A DNA stretch of 64,000 bases. Source: Oligoflexales bacterium. GTDB taxonomy: Bacteria; Bdellovibrionota_B; Oligoflexia; Oligoflexales; Bog-1112. The stretch's first letter is position 1; every line of letters starts with the position of its first letter. The notes beneath the pieces were generated by a model. The model was not told the DNA's origin. It saw only the letters and a list, made by a program, of their open reading frames with translations, and made no database searches. Below, in pieces: positions 9,966 to 20,332 of the stretch. Where the stretch lies: the NCBI GenBank assembly GCA_045105515.1, contig JBGCDR010000045.1, positions 1 to 64,000 of the forward strand. Direction: 5' to 3'. The position numbers and the translations under genes are program-made.

Positions 9966-11609
9966 TTGGAAAACCATAGCTATGACTTTTGCATTGTTGG
10001 ATCTGGTTTTGGTGGAAGTGTGAGCGCTTTGCGTCTTGCTGAGAAAGGCTATAAGGTAGCTGTGATCGAAAAGGGACAGAGGTTTAGGTCCCAAGATTTC
10101 CCCAAGACGAATTGGAATTTGAAAAAATGGTTTTGGATGCCTTGGTTAAATTGGCGGGGTTTTTTTAAGATGACTTTTCTGAGGCACTTAACGGTCTATT
10201 CTGGCGTTGGAGTGGGGGGCGGATCATTGGTCTATGCCTCTACCTTGCCTATCCCAAAAGATCATTTCTTTCGCGCCTCATCATGGGCCCATCTTGCAAA
10301 CTGGAAAGATGAACTCCACAAACACTACCAAACAGCCAGGCGAATGTTGGGAGTCAGTACAAATCCTAAGCTGACTTATTCAGACCAGATTATGGAGGAT
10401 GTAGCTAAAACTATTGGCAAGCAAGAAAGCTTTGCTCCCTCAGAAGTGGGAATATTCATGGGTGAGGGGGGTAAAACGGTTGCGGATCCTTTCTTTGGCG
10501 GTAAAGGCCCGGCAAGGACAGGATGTACCTTTTGTGGTTCTTGTTTGACAGGCTGTAGGCAAGGAGCAAAGAATTCCCTAGATTTCAACTATCTCTATTT
10601 AGCTGAAAACCTTGGGGTTCGAGTTATGTCCAACTCACAGGTTGTACATATTAAACCGCTTGAAGCTGGGAAACAAGGTTACGAAATCACAATCCACGAA
10701 AAAAGCCCAGGCTTAAAAAATCGCTCTAAAAAACTTTTTGCCCAGCAGGTTGTTTTTAGTGGGGGAGTATTGGGTACCTTAGACTTACTATTGAAATTGC
10801 GGGAACGTTCAGATGGTTTACCGATGCTATCTAATTCCTTGGGGTGTGGAATCAGGACCAATAGTGAGGCTGTTATTGGCGTGACCGTGCCCAAAAAAGA
10901 TGTCAACTTTTCCGATGGAATTGCAATCAGTAGTATTCTTCACACAGATGAGCACTCCCATTTGGAGCCAGTTCGCTTTGGCAGCGGTTCAGGGTTTTTT
11001 CGAATTTTACTTGCTCCGCATGCACCGGGTGATACCTTTCTTCAACGACTTTTTGCGACATTGAGAAGTGTTCTTCGCCATCCAGGAAAATGGATTAGAG
11101 CCTTATTTTTATCGGACTTTGCGAAACACACCCAGATATTGCTCTACATGCGCAGCCTAGAGGGGACTCTCAGATTCCGTCGCGGTCGGTCTCTATTCAC
11201 CCTGTTTCGGAAGGGCATAATATCATATGTAGAGCCAGGAGATGAAAAACCTAAGGCATCAATTCCTGAAGCAACCGATTTAGCGATGATTTTTGGCAAG
11301 AAGGTTGGTGGTGTGGTGACCAATCTTTTCACCGAGACAATCCTAAATATACCTTCCACGGCCCATGTTTTAGGTGGCTGTTGCATGGGCAAGGGGCCAG
11401 AAGATGGAGTTATCGACCACAGGCACAGGGTGTTTGGTTATGATGGTCTCTATGTGGTGGATGGGTCCGCAGTTTCCGCAAATCCAGGAGTGAACCCTTC
11501 CTTGACTATTACTGCAATGGCAGAGCGTGCCATGGGCTTTATTCCTCCTAAAATACAAAGTAATACAAATCAAAACAGGATTTCCGATGACGGACTCAAT
11601 CACTCTTAA
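9966..11609 (+). CDS. GMC oxidoreductase, cholesterol oxidase (ChoD)-like
   Basis: IVGSGFGGSVSALRLAEKG, GVGGGSLVY, CTFCGSCLTGC, TAHVLGG, GVNPSLTITAMAERA; likely TTG start 9966 after AGGAGG. Confidence 0.85.
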   Translation: MENHSYDFCIVGSGFGGSVSALRLAEKGYKVAVIEKGQRFRSQDFPKTNWNLKKWFWMPWLNWRGFFKMTFLRHLTVYSGVGVGGGSLVYASTLPIPKDHFFRASSWAHLANWKDELHKHYQTARRMLGVSTNPKLTYSDQIMEDVAKTIGKQESFAPSEVGIFMGEGGKTVADPFFGGKGPARTGCTFCGSCLTGCRQGAKNSLDFNYLYLAENLGVRVMSNSQVVHIKPLEAGKQGYEITIHEKSPGLKNRSKKLFAQQVVFSGGVLGTLDLLLKLRERSDGLPMLSNSLGCGIRTNSEAVIGVTVPKKDVNFSDGIAISSILHTDEHSHLEPVRFGSGSGFFRILLAPHAPGDTFLQRLFATLRSVLRHPGKWIRALFLSDFAKHTQILLYMRSLEGTLRFRRGRSLFTLFRKGIISYVEPGDEKPKASIPEATDLAMIFGKKVGGVVTNLFTETILNIPSTAHVLGGCCMGKGPEDGVIDHRHRVFGYDGLYVVDGSAVSANPGVNPSLTITAMAERAMGFIPPKIQSNTNQNRISDDGLNHS

Positions 11610-12369
11610 ACCAATTGGAAAAATCTTTTCCTGCTATGGGCAAAAGTTCGGCATTCCGCGTCAGTCAGGCTTAGCTCCAGCTGCTCGTGCTGTGATAGAG
11701 TTGCCATATCATCAATGTGAAAAAGATAGTGTGCGTGGATTAAAAGATTTTTCCCATATTTGGGTCCTTTTCATATTCCATAAAAATAACACAAGCAGGT
11801 CCGTGGGCTTAGTTAGACCTCCGCGGCTTGGGGGGGAGAAAAAGGTTGGAACTTTAGCTTCACGATCACCAAATCGGCCTAATCCTATAGGCTTATCGGT
11901 GGTACGATTAGTTTCGCTGAGTTATCGTCCAGAGCATATTGAGCTTCTTGTTCAAGGTGGTGATTTTTTAGATTCGACTCCAGTTTTAGATATTAAGCCT
12001 TACCTACCATATGCTGATAAGCTGGACGAAGTGTGTACTGCTTGGGTAGAACCCATTAAAGATCAAACGATGCCTGTTTACTTTAGTCAAAAGGCTATAG
12101 AAGATATTTCAGCAGCTGTGGAAGAACAGGCGGATCTGGTTTGCCAATGCATTAAAGAATCTTTAACATTAGATCCTAGACCTTCTTTCGTTAAGAATAA
12201 AACAGGTGCCACTAAGAAAGTACGCAGTTGGCGTAGTCTTATTTTTGGATTTGATGTTTCCTGGACTGTGGCCAATGGCACGTGCATTGTTGAAGGAGCT
12301 GAATTAAAAAAATATGAAGTACTGCAGAAGTTAAATATAATTGGCAAACAGAGGTTTACTAGAAGTTAA
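11587..12369 (+). CDS. trmO: tRNA m6t6A37 methyltransferase TrmO (TsaA)
   Basis: KFGIPRQSGL, VRPPRLGG, SRSPNRPNPIGLS, TPVLDIKPYLP, DPRP; start reassigned to ATG 11587. Confidence 0.9.
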   Translation: MTDSITLKPIGKIFSCYGQKFGIPRQSGLAPAARAVIELPYHQCEKDSVRGLKDFSHIWVLFIFHKNNTSRSVGLVRPPRLGGEKKVGTLASRSPNRPNPIGLSVVRLVSLSYRPEHIELLVQGGDFLDSTPVLDIKPYLPYADKLDEVCTAWVEPIKDQTMPVYFSQKAIEDISAAVEEQADLVCQCIKESLTLDPRPSFVKNKTGATKKVRSWRSLIFGFDVSWTVANGTCIVEGAELKKYEVLQKLNIIGKQRFTRS

Positions 12370-12913
12370 CTGGGAACTCCATTGATTTTTCTGAATCACC
12401 AGTTGCGTTGCTTGCTACGATACTGAAGTAAATAGTCTGACCTTCCCAGTCCAACTGCTCCTGATCGCTAAGATCATAGGTGAAGCTAGGAGCAGTAAGA
12501 TTAAGGTTACCAATCATAACCTCAGAAAGGAGACTTTCTGTGTCGTTTTCTGTTCTAGTATAGATTTTATAGGATACTATATCTGTTTCAGCAGGTGCAT
12601 CCCAGGCAAAATTTAGATCCACTGGGGTAGCTTCCTTTTCACCCACGATAGGTGGATTTTCTTCAGCTTGATTATTATTTGCAGCGGTATTCGAGTTACC
12701 ATCGGTGGCATCTTCTGAGGTCTTTTTGTTGCCAATACTTGGCTTTTTGCTTTTGCCAGTAGCTTTATCATTACTGACTTTGACATTTTCCGATTCTACA
12801 GTTTTGATAGCATCATACTCAGGTTCAGTAGAGCAGGATGATAGAAACCAAATAATTGCAATACCTAATACATTGTGGATATTCCAAATTTTACCCATCG
12901 TAAATTTTCCCAA
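12359..12913 (-). CDS. lipoprotein with C-terminal fibronectin type III-like domain
   Basis: lipobox LSSC; low-complexity linker; WDAP...SYKIY...YFSIVASN...S FN3 pattern; ATG 12898 is an alternative start. Confidence 0.65.
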   Translation of the reverse strand: MGKFTMGKIWNIHNVLGIAIIWFLSSCSTEPEYDAIKTVESENVKVSNDKATGKSKKPSIGNKKTSEDATDGNSNTAANNNQAEENPPIVGEKEATPVDLNFAWDAPAETDIVSYKIYTRTENDTESLLSEVMIGNLNLTAPSFTYDLSDQEQLDWEGQTIYFSIVASNATGDSEKSMEFPVNF

Positions 12914-12964
12914 TATTCTTTTGTGTGAGGTAGACTCATGTTAGTGCCCTAACATCTTTTATAC

Positions 12965-12992
12965 TTATCGGATTGGATGAACTTAAAATTTA
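12965..12992 (-). promoter_or_regulatory. putative sigma28-type promoter
   Basis: minus strand TAAA-N16-TCCGATAA upstream of the lipoprotein gene. Confidence 0.55.
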
Positions 12993-13198
12993 TTAATCCA
13001 AATGAAACCGACTTAACCTCCTGTTGTAGCTGTTTAAATTTAACATTATTAAGGATTTTATAGCTTTGACTAAGGTGCTCCATTGTGGCCAGAAATTGAT
13101 GATGATTAGCAATTAAAGTAGCTCATATATTATGATTGAATAAGAGAAATAATCTAATGTTTTGAATTCAGATGCAAAAGATACATAATGAGGATTCT

Positions 13199-13816
13199 AT
13201 GGCTATTAATTCAAATTCACTGATGCACGACCTTAATAATCATCTTCAACTATTATTTAAGATGATTGATCAATTGCAAGATGTAGCAGGTTCTAGCTCA
13301 TTAAATTCCCTCAAGAATTATATTGAAAAAACTAAAAAAATTTCTGATCAGATCAGAGCTACTATAACAACAGCTCTTACTAATACCGTAACAAACGCAG
13401 ATTTGGTTAGCATCACTGATGGGATAAGAAGCCAGTGTTCTAGTGCATTTAATGTTCCGGTTAGCTTTAGGCACCGAGGTTATCCAACAGCACTAATCAA
13501 CAAGGGGAGTTATTATGCATTAGTTACCAATCTGATCAGAAACTCCTGGGAAGCAGGGGCTTCTGAGATTGTTGTAGAAATTAATGAAGATAGTTTGATT
13601 ATTTCTGATAATGGACCTGGTATCAATGAAACTATTCTTAGTTTTATTCAAAACAAACAAACGATTACTAGTAAATCGCAAGGAATAGGCCGAGGATTTG
13701 CTCTTCTCAATGATTTTTGCATGAAAATGGGGTGGATTGCAAAAATATCCAACCGTATTGATGTTGATGGATGTAGTATTAAAATTCAGTTTCAGATTAA
13801 AAAGGATGGTTCCTAG
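13199..13816 (+). CDS. small soluble histidine kinase (H-box + HATPase_c), no sensor domain
   Basis: HDLNN H-box, NLIRNSWEA N-box, DNGPGI G1, GIGRGF G2; ATG 13199 after GAGGA. Confidence 0.75.
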   Translation: MAINSNSLMHDLNNHLQLLFKMIDQLQDVAGSSSLNSLKNYIEKTKKISDQIRATITTALTNTVTNADLVSITDGIRSQCSSAFNVPVSFRHRGYPTALINKGSYYALVTNLIRNSWEAGASEIVVEINEDSLIISDNGPGINETILSFIQNKQTITSKSQGIGRGFALLNDFCMKMGWIAKISNRIDVDGCSIKIQFQIKKDGS

Positions 13817-15914
13817 TTAAGTTTGGTCTTATTGCAAGGCTTGCAACCATAGATTCAGCACATTGAGGATCGTTAATAAATACTCTACCAGCTGATACCG
13901 AATCTTTTAATTTGATCATGTCGTTGTTGAAAGAAGTCATCTGAGGGAGCAAAAAATCTTGTTCTATGGGATGAACTTTAGTATTTAGTGCTTCTTTTGG
14001 TTTAATACTGAATAAACCGATCCAATTCTTGGGAAGGTGTTTTTCTAAGGCAATGGCACAGTGTCCCATTGTATAACGACAGTTTATCTCAACCAAAGGT
14101 CTCAAATAGAAATCAGTCCCATTTTTGAAAATGAAAGCATCCATACCTGCAGGCCCAGTGTAGCCAAGAGCTTGAAGTTGACTTTTGACAAATTGGGCAC
14201 ACTTCTTGACCATGTCCCAATGGGAAAGGCCCGAACTATGCTTTTGGTAAACGGCTCGCGTAAGTTCCTTTTTACAATCAAATAGCTTTTGTCCCAAAAT
14301 ATGGCCAAAATAGCTCCGATTTTTATGTGTCAAAAAACGAGTGATGCCGAGTAATGAAGGGGATGAATCGCTTCGAATCATCAACTGAACTGATAGGTCT
14401 AAAACTTTATTGAGGAAAGGTTCGACTATGACTTTGCCTTGGGATTTCAGAGTGTTTTTTAACCAGTTTAGTTCGTTTTCGAGCAAAGTTTGGGTACTGT
14501 TCATTTTTCTCTGGTTGCGCCCACTGCTACCATAGGGGGCTTTCACAAGTAAATCATTAAAATCTGAACTCAGATATGCACGGTGTCGTAAAAAATCCTC
14601 TAGCGTATTGCAAATATAAGGACATATAGCATGTGTCTTGAACTGTTTTTTTTCCTTTTGATCTAGGCTGTTCAAAAAGTCATGCTGAACCTTTACTGCC
14701 CAAGCTTTCGAAGCAATTTTCTTTAAAGGAACTAGCTGATAGCATGCTGATTTGAGCCATTCTTTGTCTTGGAGATGTTCATCCGTGAGAGATTGGTAGC
14801 GTTTACTCCATGCTTTAAATATTTGATAAGTCCATCCCCATGGTTTAATCCTGCTAAAGGGACCGTTTAGCATTTTCTCCTCTTGATTACCGATGAAACG
14901 AGGTATTTTGAAACCTAACTTTCTGAGGCTCGATAAAAATTCTTTGGATGGGGGTTTAGGCGCTATAACAATATCATGCTCATTCGCAATGCATAAGAGG
15001 ACGTTCGTTAAGTCTGTAGTAAGGCTCTTGGTTCGAGGAAAAGTCTTGTCCGGGAATAGCAATTGTTCTTCAAAATTGGGATTGAAAATCCAAATGGAAG
15101 GAGGCCGTCCTTTACTCCCTTGGTAATGCTCTATTTGACTGATAAACTCTGAATCCATTTCTGCTGCAACCCTAGCTTGTTTTACAAATATAGATCCTTT
15201 TGCTCGTATGGGGCTTAGAGGTTTGTCCAATAGTTGTGAGTAAACTTCCCAGTCACTCTTGTCTTCAAACCCAGCTTGAACTTTGAATTTTCTAAACCAA
15301 TGTAGACCATGTTTCACATGGCCAATTTCATCATAATATACTTGTTTCAAAATTGCGGAGGTTAGATGATCTTCTATGCCCTCGAAGAGCTTCCAATAGT
15401 AGAAAGAGAAGTCCAAATTACCCTGCTCTAAAGTAAGACTCATTTTTGCTGTAAATTCTAAAGGGTCTTTTACACCTGCTACACACTTCCAAAAAAAGTC
15501 ATTAAGGTGTTCTTCTCCAAATCCAACTCCAAGCTGGTTCATTCTTGATAAATAGAGTTGCAAATGTTCCTGCTCTTCTAACATTGTCTTTGCAATACCA
15601 AGGCGAAATGGCTTAGGTGCTTTGGGAAACTTTAACAGTACAAGAGCCATCAATTCTAAGGCAAGCAACTCATGGTTTGCAAAAAAGTGTAAGACTCTTC
15701 CTCGGTTTTCTGGAATATGTAAGGAACTTTTGTTAGGAAATTTTCTCTTAGAATTACTTTTTTTACTCAATGAAATTATAGGGCTACGTTTTGGATCTGC
15801 CAAGATGAGGTTTTTATCTCCGGGCAAGATATCCGTAAAAAAATCTGGTTTATAGAGTTTTTCCTTTAGGTTTGCACCAAATAGGATCATTCTTGCATAT
15901 TCGTATAGTTCCAT
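13797..15914 (-). CDS. DUF455 ferritin-like diiron domain fused to ATP-grasp domain
   Basis: HFFANHELLALE, EEQEH, LEQGNLD, DEIGHV; then VKAPYGSSGR, VEPF, GPAGMDAF, EINCRYTMG. Confidence 0.75.
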   Translation of the reverse strand: MELYEYARMILFGANLKEKLYKPDFFTDILPGDKNLILADPKRSPIISLSKKSNSKRKFPNKSSLHIPENRGRVLHFFANHELLALELMALVLLKFPKAPKPFRLGIAKTMLEEQEHLQLYLSRMNQLGVGFGEEHLNDFFWKCVAGVKDPLEFTAKMSLTLEQGNLDFSFYYWKLFEGIEDHLTSAILKQVYYDEIGHVKHGLHWFRKFKVQAGFEDKSDWEVYSQLLDKPLSPIRAKGSIFVKQARVAAEMDSEFISQIEHYQGSKGRPPSIWIFNPNFEEQLLFPDKTFPRTKSLTTDLTNVLLCIANEHDIVIAPKPPSKEFLSSLRKLGFKIPRFIGNQEEKMLNGPFSRIKPWGWTYQIFKAWSKRYQSLTDEHLQDKEWLKSACYQLVPLKKIASKAWAVKVQHDFLNSLDQKEKKQFKTHAICPYICNTLEDFLRHRAYLSSDFNDLLVKAPYGSSGRNQRKMNSTQTLLENELNWLKNTLKSQGKVIVEPFLNKVLDLSVQLMIRSDSSPSLLGITRFLTHKNRSYFGHILGQKLFDCKKELTRAVYQKHSSGLSHWDMVKKCAQFVKSQLQALGYTGPAGMDAFIFKNGTDFYLRPLVEINCRYTMGHCAIALEKHLPKNWIGLFSIKPKEALNTKVHPIEQDFLLPQMTSFNNDMIKLKDSVSAGRVFINDPQCAESMVASLAIRPNLTRNHPF

Positions 15915-16159
15915 TGAAAAGTAATTCCTGATTTGTAAGCCGTCCGATTGTCTTTTTTATAAATAAAAAAATTTTTTAAAATGCCTAATCAATAAAATCT
16001 TACACAGCTTGGACAGTAAAGCTTAGTGGAACGCTATTTCGAAAAAAAAATCAGAATTGGACCGAGTTTAAAGGATTACAAATGCGGTTATGCTTTGCTC
16101 AAAAAGTTCGGAGGACATTTTAAAATAGTACATACAGCTGCAAAATTTTTCAAAAAATA

Positions 16160-16201
16160 CAATAAGAAAGCTCCCATAAAGGGAGGGAGGCTTTCTTATT
16201 G
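16160..16201 (-). terminator. intrinsic terminator downstream of H1-like gene
   Basis: 12-bp inverted repeat CAATAAGAAAGC / GCTTTCTTATTG, 8 nt beyond the stop codon. Confidence 0.7.
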
Positions 16202-16209
16202 ACTTTGTT

Positions 16210-17451
<1,242 letters not shown>

Positions 17452-17746
17452 AATAGCTTGCACCTTATCATAATAAAGTATAATTAACAGCTTTTCTGCA
17501 TAATATGATGACTTCTAAGATACCACTTATGGGTTTATAAAGCGGCTAATTTTTTGAACCTACACGAGGGGCAGTGAGCCAGTCTCGTTTAGAGGTATAA
17601 ATTAATTATTATTTTATAACACCTATTTTTTGTGTTTCACAAGTATTATGTATTCACGGAAATCAAGTTGGTCTAAGTTTGCAACTTAAAGATAATTTTT
17701 GCAAACTCTCCACCTGGAAGTGCGATATTTCTTTAAGTCATGACTT

Positions 17747-18391
17747 ATGTCTACTAGGAGTGTAATTATGAAGTCTCAAAAGCTCGGATTTTTTCTTTTA
17801 TTTGCAGCTGGTTTAGCTTATTTGCTTTTCCAGAATTTTAATAGGAATCAGAATATAAAAAACACTCCCGATCAGGTGAGTCAGATATTAGCTTTTGGTG
17901 ATAACCTGACTCTCGGAAACTTAGCTGAGCCATCTCATTCTTATACAAAAAAATTAGAACAACTTGCAGGTATAACAGTAGAAAATAAAGGTCTTCCAAA
18001 CGAAACTACAGAAGCAGCTTTAGCACGATTGCAAAATTTAGGTCATCCTCTTGGAGGAGAGCTTGTAATTATCACCCTCGGTGTATGGGATTTGATGACA
18101 AGAGTACCTCTTACTGAAACTTTAAGCAATTTAGGAAAGATTTTTGAATTCTTCTTAAAGCAGGGCTATATGGTGGTTTACGGCGGATTTTCTATTCCTC
18201 CGACAGGTGATAATTGGCTTATGGCAATCGGTCAATTATGCGGTGAGTATGGAGTTCTCTATGCGGGCGACTTAACTCCTGAGGAATGGGTCTATAAAGA
18301 GAATGTCGAATTTACTTATTCACCCTTGAATGCACAAGCCAATGAACGTATAGCAAATATAGTTTTTGAAAAAATTTCAGCTTATCTATGA
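17747..18391 (+). CDS. membrane-anchored SGNH/GDSL (TesA-like) fold protein, probably catalytically dead
   Basis: N-terminal TM; ILAFGDNLT in place of GDSL; NKGLPNETT; TLGVWD; no DxxH. Confidence 0.7.
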   Translation: MSTRSVIMKSQKLGFFLLFAAGLAYLLFQNFNRNQNIKNTPDQVSQILAFGDNLTLGNLAEPSHSYTKKLEQLAGITVENKGLPNETTEAALARLQNLGHPLGGELVIITLGVWDLMTRVPLTETLSNLGKIFEFFLKQGYMVVYGGFSIPPTGDNWLMAIGQLCGEYGVLYAGDLTPEEWVYKENVEFTYSPLNAQANERIANIVFEKISAYL

Positions 18392-18412
18392 CTAAAGGAT
18401 TATTCTAAGCTA

Positions 18413-20209
18413 CTAGATAATAATGGACACAATTTTGTTTGCATTGACGTCCACCAAACCTTGATCGGTTATTTTGAGCGAGGGAATAACCGGTAGTGCA
18501 AGAAATGAAAGCTGGAGAAATGGTTCATGCAAGCTACATCCCATTGCTCTAGCTAGGTCCTTTAGTTTAAACAAAGAGTCTGCCACTTCAGTTGGTGGCG
18601 AACTTGTCATCAGGCCACCAATCGGAAGTGCCAAGTTCTCCCATTGCTCTGAATTCTTCCACACAGTAATTCCTCCATCTATAGTAATCAGCTTCTTGAC
18701 TGCTTCGCACATAGCTTGATCACTGGTACCAACAACAATTAAGTTATGAGAATCATGATTTATGGAGGTCGCAATGGCCCCTTCCTTAAGGCCAAATCCT
18801 CTAACAAAACCAAGCCCTTTATGACCTGTGTTTTTATGACGTTCTAGTACAGCAATCTTTAACAAATCCTGACTGATATCTACCTTCAGACCCTGCTGGG
18901 AATTATCAAGATATGCTTCGTGATGCTTGGTAACAATCTGGTTGGGCTCTACATCGATCACCCTAATTTTTATTTTTTGCTTTGAATCTAATTCAACTGC
19001 TAAATGAAAATCAGCTTGGCTGACTGGAGATAAGTTCATGTTCTTCCCGCCAAGTTGGATGTCTTGGTCAGGAGCTTGAGAACTAATATTATTGGGTTCA
19101 CATTGAGCCCCTGATTTAATTACCTTTTCAATTTGAAATCCTTCTTGCCAATGTCCCTCAAGGTTTGGTTTGAGCAAGCAGAGGTCTGCTAGGTACCCAG
19201 GAGCTATACAACCGCGGTCTGAAAGCCCATAGAGCTGTGCGGGGGCAAAGCTGGCAACTCGAAAAAGGTTTTCTGGTTCAATTCCTTGGCGTAGCCCTTC
19301 ATTGATAATGTAATTTATATGCCCTTCTTTATTGATATCAGCTGGATTGCGATCATCGCTGCACATAGCTAGTACAGAGGAAGTATATGAATTTATTAAT
19401 GGCAGCAGGGTACTAGCATTTTTCGCACAAGAGCCTTCACGAATAAGGACTTGAATACCTTTGGCTAGCTTTTCTTGAGCTTCCTCAAGAGAAATTGATT
19501 CGTGACAAGTACTTATACCGGCAACACCGTATGCATTGAGAGCTTTTCCGCTCAGCTGCGGGCAGTGCCCATCTCGTTTAAGCTCCTTAAAGTCCCATAG
19601 TTTTTGAAGTACATCTTCATCTCCGCTTAGAAGCCCAGGAAAGTTCATCATCTCAGCAAGCCCCAAAACTCTAGGATGGTTGATAAACGGTCTTAAGTGT
19701 TCTGCAAATAGTTCAGCCCCTCCTGTCTCTAAACCTAAGGACTTTGAAGTTGCGGGCACACAGCTAGGAACCATAATGAATACATCCATAATAAGATCTT
19801 CGGTGGATTTGATTGCCCAGATAATTCCTTCACTACCTTTTACATTTGCAATTTCATGAGGATCCCAAATTGCAGAAGTTGTCCCAAATGGTAATACCGC
19901 TTGCTCAAATCGGTCTGGTGTCATCATGCTAGATTCAATGTGGACATGAGAGTCAATAAAACCAGGAACTAAATAGTGTCCCTTACCATTAAGCTCTTCT
20001 TTGCCTTGGTATGATTCGAAAGTACCGACGATGTGCTTGCCATTAATAGCTATATCTCCAGTTTTAAAAACCCCTGAAAAAACATCGAGAAACTTGACTT
20101 CCTTTATCACGAGGTCCGCTTTTTCAAGACCTTGAGCAATCCGTATCTGCTGTTTTAAGACTTGAGGATTTTCATAGTTAGCTTTACTAGGCATAGGCTT
20201 GCTCTCCAT
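18413..20209 (-). CDS. ade: adenine deaminase
   Basis: PGFIDSHVHIESSM, DPHEIANV, GLAEMMNFPG, DGHCP, IREGS, SDDR, HDSHN. Confidence 0.95.
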   Translation of the reverse strand: MESKPMPSKANYENPQVLKQQIRIAQGLEKADLVIKEVKFLDVFSGVFKTGDIAINGKHIVGTFESYQGKEELNGKGHYLVPGFIDSHVHIESSMMTPDRFEQAVLPFGTTSAIWDPHEIANVKGSEGIIWAIKSTEDLIMDVFIMVPSCVPATSKSLGLETGGAELFAEHLRPFINHPRVLGLAEMMNFPGLLSGDEDVLQKLWDFKELKRDGHCPQLSGKALNAYGVAGISTCHESISLEEAQEKLAKGIQVLIREGSCAKNASTLLPLINSYTSSVLAMCSDDRNPADINKEGHINYIINEGLRQGIEPENLFRVASFAPAQLYGLSDRGCIAPGYLADLCLLKPNLEGHWQEGFQIEKVIKSGAQCEPNNISSQAPDQDIQLGGKNMNLSPVSQADFHLAVELDSKQKIKIRVIDVEPNQIVTKHHEAYLDNSQQGLKVDISQDLLKIAVLERHKNTGHKGLGFVRGFGLKEGAIATSINHDSHNLIVVGTSDQAMCEAVKKLITIDGGITVWKNSEQWENLALPIGGLMTSSPPTEVADSLFKLKDLARAMGCSLHEPFLQLSFLALPVIPSLKITDQGLVDVNANKIVSIII

Positions 20210-20332
20210 CTGTAAATTTTCGCTGTTAATCTGGGTTTAATGGGATAATATTTCCACCCTGGATCAAAGCGGTATGGGACTTAAGAATACGTTATATCAG
20301 ATCAGAATTATTCTACAGCATAAGGATAAAAC

